From assembly GCA_021613535.1 (NCBI GenBank), contig CP075496.1, forward strand, positions 11,098,001 through 11,162,000: a DNA stretch of 64,000 nt, read 5' to 3'. Of the stretch, positions 56,013 to 64,000 are shown in pieces. Origin of the DNA: Adineta vaga (taxonomy: Eukaryota; Animalia; Rotifera). The notes under the pieces are model-generated. The model searched no databases. It was not told the DNA's origin and saw only the letters and a list, made by a program, of their open reading frames with translations. The translations under genes were made by a program, and so were the position numbers. Every line of letters begins with the position of its first letter. Positions within the stretch are counted from its first letter, which is position 1.

Positions 56013-56973
56013 TTAAAATGAATGTCTATGCTGTAAAGATGTAAGAACAACGATGAGAAAGCCAGAAAAAATTAAAATTATATTCACAAATGGATTAAAT
56101 TTACTTTTAACAAGATCTCCATGTAGCATATCAATAAATGTTATATAAACAAATGTTCCAGCACTTAAACATTGAAGAATTCCATTGATATATTGTAATT
56201 CAGCAGAATCCGAACTGATTAATAAACTTAATAACACACCTAATGGTCCCATAAAACTCCAAATACACATAGAAAGGAAAACTTGAAGATAATCTTGATG
56301 ATCAATTAATAAACGAAGTGTTACTGAAAAAGCAATTAAAGACATATGAAAACAGATCGCACCCACTAAAACCCATAGTGACATTGTGTCTTTTGCTTGT
56401 CCACCGATGAGAATACCACCTAAGATAAATACGAATATTGAATAAATAGAAGAAAAAAAAACAACGAAATTTGATAACTTACTAAAAAGATAATGAACAC
56501 CAAGCGCAAAAACAAGTGTAACAAGTCGTGTTAATCGATTGTCATGATTACATATTGCAACAGATTCAATTAATTGTTCTTTTCCATCTTTAATATTTTT
56601 ATTTGATAAATAAGTTTCATAGAGATTTACTGATTCTTGGATAATACAAATAAGAAAGAATCCAAGACCAATTAAGATATAACCAAAATTGGTATTATGC
56701 CATTGATGTGCAACAAGTTCCAGTGAATTTGGTAAAATTAACATTAAAAGTGTACCTATGATAAAATGAAATATACAAAAGATTGATTTATTGAATAAAT
56801 CTACCTAAAAGAATGCCACTTGTTAAACAAGAAATAGTACGTTGAGTAAATGAAAGCATATTTCCATGACGTTGTAATAAAAATCGTTGTAAACATATAG
56901 CAATCAATGTCATGATTAAATTTGATGCAAATAAAATAATCATTGACATATATTTTGCTTCTTTCAATTCCAT
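56013..56973 (-). CDS. ZIP (SLC39) family metal transporter, ZIP1-3-like
   Basis: CLTSGILLG|TLLMLILP, GFFLICIIQE, LVFALGVHYLF, AICFH, MGPLG, LQCLSAGTFVYITF. Confidence 0.85.
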
Positions 56974-58435
56974 GTTGATTAAAACAATCTATTCAATAAG
57001 GACAAACAAAAAAAAAGAGAATCAAATATGTATAGATAGTTTATTGGATATCTAAGACTATATACACACATGTATGGTGTCACACAATAATATTTCGAAA
57101 GAAACAGATATTAGGCGCGACAAGTAGTTTTTTCTTCTTTCTCTTTCTCTTCTTTTTCTAGATATTCTTCGATTAAGTTAAATTGCTTCTATTATACGTA
57201 GTTTTTCTTTCTTGTTATTTTACCAATTATTCGAATCTATCGATGAAAATTTCTATAACAAAATAGATTAGATCTCTGGAGGCGGTATGTTATTTATTGC
57301 AATATGTATTAATATGAAACATATTAATTTATAGATATAACAGCTGACACATATTCTTCTCGATAGTATCATGAAATAAACTGAGATAGAATTTACGTTA
57401 TTTGATCTGGTTGTTAATACTCGATAGAATCAAAATTTACGAATGACAAAAAATAATAAATACGAAAAACCAAATAAATGTGTTAAATATCAGTTAAAAT
57501 ATAAGAAAAAGTAATTTATTTAGAGAACTACAGATGTTATTTATCTATTAGTTATTACCAGCTTTTAACTGTTGTATCAGACAAACAATACTTATTTGGT
57601 AATGAGTTATGGCATAGTCGATGCATGTGATAGCAAAGTTGAAGATGAAACTATACATTTTCTGAAGCATTTAACTAATGTATAAGTAAATATGTTTTAC
57701 TTTGCTAGCTGTTTGTTATTTTTCATCTAGTAAAAGATAACCTTTGAGCAATGCACAATGAATGCGCAATACTTCTTTTAACATCAGTCAATATATTCAG
57801 AAAAACAAATCTAATTAACATTCTGTTCTATTATCTGTTGTTTTTTCTTCTTGTAAACTGCTATCCAAAAATACAAACATAGTAGAGAAGGTTGTAGAGT
57901 ATTTTTATATAGATGGAATGAGTTCTCATCTGAGAATGTTTTGTGTGTGCTGAATTATATAACAAGATATTTTTTCATCAATTAAAAACTGAACGAAAAA
58001 AAATCAATTGTTTGTTCATCAAAAGTACACACTTCTTTACACATACAGACGACAACAACTTATTTATACAAATTCGTAATTAATGCAATGAATTTCAAAT
58101 AGATGTATATTTTTAATTGACTACAATTGATTCTCTCAATGAATTAGATAATAAATTGTCAGTTTTACACATAATATATATGTTTGTATTAGACTAGTTA
58201 GATGATTTATTTTTAGTAATAAGCTTTGACTTTGTTGTTTTTACTATTGAAGATGACCTTTATAGATTCGATCAGATGTCTATACGAGACAGTTCTCAAT
58301 ATTATTTCTTCTCATATTTCATCTCTTCTTCTATTTCATTATCATTTGTATGATTTCTCAATCTAGTTCATAAAATGAAAAAATCCATAGACATTGTTCA
58401 TGACAACTGTTATATCCATCTTGAGGGTGTGAGAA

Positions 58436-58460
58436 TGTGTGTGTGTGTGTGTGTGTGTGT
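58436..58460. repeat. (GT)n microsatellite
   Basis: Perfect TG run. Confidence 0.9.
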
Positions 58461-59025
58461 AACATCAGTCAAGTATCAATCCGATCGATTGGTTATCACC
58501 TGACAGAATAACGGTAGATGTCGTTAGATAACCTAATCGAAAAACGCAATAATAACAAAAAAATTGATGAAAGATAAGTTTTTCAATGAATAAATAATTA
58601 TGTATCTGATTAATAGTTTTTTTCTAGTCACCTCGTGATAATTGGACCAGCTAAACAGACATACACAACGAATCAATGACTCATTTCTTCAACTGATATT
58701 CTTTACTTCACTCACTTCAGCGTATTGTTTTCTTTCCTACTGCGAAATAATCGTAGAAAGTCGATGAAATGTGTCAAATGCTATTCTTAACTCTATGAAA
58801 TAGATCAGTAGAAAGATAAACAGAACAGAAAGAAAAAGAAATTGAAAAAAAAAACACGACATGATTCATTCTTAAAACATTGCTATCATAGGATTGTTTA
58901 TCTTCCGACCACTTAATATTTCAAATGCATTTTCATTTTTTTTTCTTCTTTTTTTTAAGATGATTATTTCAATCGATTTCTAACAAGCAAAACAAAATAA
59001 TAAGATTCGTTTTTATTATCTACCA

Positions 59026-62000
59026 ATGGTGGTCGGAATTCCTTCCTCGATTACAATTGTCGAAGAAGAAGATATTCATGTGTGTGAATTACCAAATTCA
59101 ATTCCTGAATCATTACCAATTTCACCTATGATAAATGAATTTCCTATTGATCAAAATCATTTACCTATGGAATATCCATTTGAATTTTTATCAGGTGAAC
59201 AATTAATTGAACATGGAACGGATTTAACTGATAGTTGTATTTATTTAACTTCATATCGTTTATTTATCTTTGCGAATCCAACTTCAACTCATTGTTCGTT
59301 TATTAATTGTCCAATACGTTTAATTGATTGTATTGAAATGAAAGAAAATATCTATTTATATATTCAATGTAAAGATTTACGTTCATTTCGTTTAATGTTT
59401 TTTACAACGGATAAATGTTGTTATTGGTTACGAAAATTAAATGAATTTATATCATCATTAATATGTCTCGATGATTTATTTGCAATTAAATATACGTTAG
59501 CATTATCAAAACAAAATGAATCTATTAAACGTGATTATTTTCGAGAAGAATTTACAAGATTACAATTAGATGTGTCACCATGGCGAACAACGGAAATTAA
59601 TCGAGATTATAAATTATCACCAACATATCCAAATATTTGTGTCGTACCAGAAAGTATCACAGATGATGAAGTTTATGAAGTAGCAAAATTTCGATCAAAT
59701 AGACGGTTTCCAACAATCGTTTGGAGGTATGATTTATTCTTTTTTCTCGTACAGATGATTTTATAGGCAAAGATTTTTTTCTTCTTTGATTTTAGACATT
59801 GTAATGGTGCAGTTATTGCACGAACAAGTCAACCAGAAATTGGTTGGCTTTTTTGGCGTTCAAAAGAAGATGAAAAAATGATTCAAGCAATTATTAAGGC
59901 TTGTAAAATGCCTCTGTCAAAAGATTCTACAACGCCTGAAATCACTTCAAATCGTTTATTAATTCTCGATGCAAGAAGTTATACAGCTGCATTAGCTAAT
60001 CGAGCCAAAGGTGGCGGTTTTGAACATCCACCTTATTATACTGATTGTGATGTACAATTTATGAATTTACCAAATATACATGTTATTCGAAAAAGTGCAC
60101 AAATGTTAAGAGTAGCTGTTGCTAATGCAGCACAAGGAGACAAGTATGTAGATTGTATCTAATCAACTTCTGAAAACTCTTTTGCGTCTTTCTATTTTGA
60201 TAATATTTTATTCTTATCTTATCATTTCATGAACTTGAATGTAGTGAAATGAAAATGATGACCTTTCATTCTATATGATTATCAATATAGGATGATAGAA
60301 AGTATATGTACATACTGATAAAAGTTTCTAATCGAACTTCAATGAAATCTTTTTGAAGACAGATAATTGATTTTTCTCTTCGATTTTAGTTGGCTTTCAC
60401 AACTAGAATCTTCAAGATGGTTACATAATCTATCTGCTTTAATCAATGCGGCATCATTTGTTGTTGCCACTGTTGATAAACATGCACGGCCTGTACTTGT
60501 TCATTGTTCCGATGGTTGGGATCGTACTCCTCAAATTACAACATTAGCAAAGATTATGCTTGATTCATATTATCGAACAATTGAAGGCTTTCAAATCTTA
60601 GTACAACGTGAATGGATCGCATTCGGTCACAAATTTGCTGATCGATGTGGTCATGGAAATGGATCCAGTGATCTTAATGAACGTAGTCCTGTTTTTCTTC
60701 AATGGCTTGATTGTATTTATCAATTATTTGTACAAAATCGAACAGCATTTGAATTCAATGAAATGTTTCTCGTAAGATTTCTATTCATTCATAAATTTTT
60801 TCATAAATTCTCTTTATTGTTTTTTATTTTAGTTAAAATTAGCAAATCATACTTATACATGTTTGTATGGTACATTTTTATGTAATACAGATTTTGAACG
60901 TACAACAGCAGATTTAGAAACACGAACATCAAGTATATGGAATTTATTGAATAACAGTTCGAAGCAATTTATTAATCATTTATTTGATAAAACAAAAAAA
61001 GATGTAAGAATAAGAAAATATTTAAAATAATTTGTATTTTTGTTTGTCATAGATACTTTATCCATCATCATCAGTTCGTGATTTAACTATCTGGTCCAAT
61101 TTATATTTACGTGATATTCGTCATACACCTGTTGGTTCATCTGAACATTCCTCAACATTAATCCCAGCTCGTATTCGTTCATATGAAGATCTTTCGACAT
61201 CAGTAACAACTAATCTTCATCGTTCATCATCAGATCCAAGTTTAAGTAATTCATTACATAGTGAATCACCATTAACCAATCGTCCAAATCAAATTTCTTC
61301 ATCTAATCAACAACCATCTCAATCGAATCGTTTACAAAATTCCACATCGACAAATAGTCTTTTCGGTCCTCCACATCATCTTGGAATAGTGAATGATGGT
61401 AGTCACCAAAATGTAACCAATTCTTGCAATACAAATCAAACAGCTTTACCAATACCAGCTAGTCCTGATAATCGAATAAAACAACAAAGTTTTCTAGCAG
61501 ATGATTCTTCACCTGACATAACACAATTAGCATTATCATTTCAACGTTTTCCATTGAATGTAAATAGTGTTGACAATATTCTACGTACAATGTCACGTCC
61601 AAGAAGACATACGAATTCAACATCTAGTACAGCATCAAGTTTATCTGAAGCATGGTCATTACCCAGAATTAATTCTTCAGATTCGAATCAAGCACAACGA
61701 ATGGTTTGTTTAAGAAGAGATTCTAATATAATTGATTTATTTTCGATGCTTGTTTTTTAGATGCAACATTTGAGTACAAATAAAGTTCTTAAATTAGTAC
61801 GAAAACGTATTGATGTTGATGGTTTAACAAAAATTCCCGATCAAATAACCACAAGAATGGTTCAAAAAGAGCGAGCCTATCAACAACAAATCGAAAATCT
61901 TCATGAACAAATTCGACGAATGCAAAGATTTGTTTATGCATTGATTAATATCAATAATAATCAAGTAAATTAAATTATGTTTCATATCATTTTCGAATAG

Positions 62001-62531
62001 AATTTATTTTCTAGAATATTCCTCCACGTATGGAAACAATATCACAAAGTAATATCAATAGTTTCGAATCATCATCTTGTTCTTCATGGCAAAAAATCGA
62101 TAATAATGATTCAAGTGTAACACGATGGATACCAGATTTTAACGTTCAAATATGTCATGGATGTAATTTAAAATTTCAACAATGGCCAATTTCACGTAAA
62201 CATCATTGTCGAAGTATGTAGAACAAAACGATTTTCAACATTTAATATTAATTCAATTGATCATCTTTTAGAATGTGGCAATATATTTTGTGGTAGTTGT
62301 TCGAATTATTGTAAATTAATTCCAACATTGAGTTTAACACAACCTGTTCGTGTTTGTCATAATTGTTCTCTTACACATGATGATAATCCTTCTACTGCAG
62401 CTAATAATAGTACATCAATTGAATCAACAAGAACGGCTTCACCAATGCCTATTCAAACTGGTTGTCGACAATCTAATGGTACTCCAAATGGATCATTCAA
62501 TTCACCTGGTGGACAGAAAGTTAAAGGATAA
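59026..62531 (+). CDS. Myotubularin-related phosphatase MTMR3/4-like (PH-GRAM, PTP, coiled coil, FYVE)
   Basis: LTSYRLF, ANRAKGGGFE, catalytic VHCSDGWDRT, REWIAFGHKFADR, IDVDGL, FYVE WIPD..CHGC..RKHHCR..C..C..VRVCHNC. Confidence 0.93.
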
Positions 62532-63311
62532 AATCAATTCGTTTCGTTTCTCTAACTCCATGGTTTTGCCCGCGTGACGTTTTCCTTTTCTTTTTGCAAT
62601 CAATAATTTCTTTTGTTTGTGGTACAAATCTTCATGTCTTCTAGACTAGACCCACAATTTATGATTTTCAATCGTCTCTATGAGAACGACAATCTTCCTT
62701 CAACACGTTTGACGTGTTATAACACGTTATTTATTTATTTTTTCCTTTCTCGTTTCTCTATTATTTCTATTGTCACGCAGTGGGTTTCTATTCTTTTTTT
62801 TTTGCTGTTGTTGTTGTTGTTTATATACTTTATTCTTGTGTATATACGGACTTGTTAGTACTAATGAATGCTTGTATGTATGTAACTGGACGTTTTTCTT
62901 TTCCTCTTTTTCGTTTCTGTGATGATAACATCCGCAGCAAATTGTCTATATACCAAGATGTCAATGAGTATACTTGCATTTTCTCCTTTTCTTTTTTTTA
63001 ATCCTTAACTCTTCTAATCTATTTTTGTTCTCTCTCTCTCTTTATTCATTGTCGTCAATAGCGCATATAGTTTTTTCTTCTCTTCTTTCTTTTTTTGTTT
63101 TCCTTCTTCAGTTATGTGCTTTTTTTTTGCACAATTATGTTCAGAAAAAGTGAAACAAAGACGACATTATTAATAGACAATGGTGTGTAATGAATACTCT
63201 CGAATAAATCTATAAATTGAAAGAAACAAGAATCAAAATATTATTTCGAAAGAAAATGGCGCTCTGATTTTTTCGGGTTTTTATTTCATTGAATTTTTTT
63301 TCTGATCGATA

Positions 63312-64000
63312 ATGAAAAATTATATATTGATTGTAAAAACACATCATGGTAATCCAGGAAATAATATCACTGTTGTCATCAAAGGTATCGAAGGACAAAC
63401 AGAACAAATACCAATAGAAAAATCACAGGTGAAATTTCTTATTACGTCCGAATTCATAGTGAATACAAATTTGAAACTTATTTCTAGTCTCATCATAAAA
63501 ATTTTAAAGAAAATCATACTGATCTATTTTTATTATTATCAAATGATCATATAGGCAAGATCATTCAAGTGGAATTTCATACAAATACAAATGCGAAATT
63601 TAAAGAATGGAAATATAGTCATATCTTCATCATTGATGGTTTTATTGTTGTATAAATAAAAAGTTTAAAATACCCACTGTTTACTTTTAGGTATCTATAT
63701 TTATCGAGATTTAGTTTCAACACATTCGCTTTCGTCATCAGTTGACAGTCCATTAGTAATTGATGTTATTGAACCACAAACTGAATCTCAAGGTTTCTTT
63801 TTGATTATAAGGTGAATCTATTTACACAATTCTTTTCACTTTTATATCTAGAGAGTATCTATTATGCATTTATTAAAACTGGCCATGAATCATGTTCGAA
63901 AGGATGTTATCCGAAATTGTCTCTATTCGGTAATAATGAAAAGTATACTGAATATAATATGATGCTAGCTAATCGTATTCTTTCATCATCTGCGAACAAT
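63312..64000 (+). CDS. PLAT/LH2-domain protein, 5' part
   Basis: YILIVKT..ITVVIKGIEGQT..|..FKENHTDLF..IGKIIQVEF..W; a second repeat starts with YYAFIKTG..LSLFGNN. Confidence 0.65.

Overview
AT-rich, gene-dense eukaryotic (animal) DNA with short (~50-65 nt) GT-AG introns, so most ORF-track entries are single exons. The style fits a bdelloid rotifer (inference, not provable from this window). Conserved genes: RPL27 (3' end), SPG7/paraplegin, FAXDC2-like hydroxylase, KCTD8/12/16-like, AGMO, COQ10, GATAD2/p66, a Src-family kinase, DIS3, MED27, C2orf50-like, a ZIP transporter, MTMR3/4 and the start of a PLAT-domain gene. The most striking feature is an accessory block (12.5-31.8 kb) with five minus-strand paralogues encoding an N-terminal death effector domain (DED), an acidic linker, a single transmembrane helix (absent in one copy) and a C-terminal jacalin-like lectin. 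This is a candidate family of lectin pattern-recognition receptors wired directly to DED signalling, with visible domain swapping between copies. Between the last two copies lie a degenerate metallophosphoesterase, myosin VI-like and VPS13-like gene fragments and transposon remnants. Other oddities: a non-RD Src kinase lacking its activation-loop Tyr, and MED27 apparently nested in an antisense intron. Several single-base frameshifts in conserved genes suggest residual assembly errors. Exon boundaries were read by eye and are approximate.
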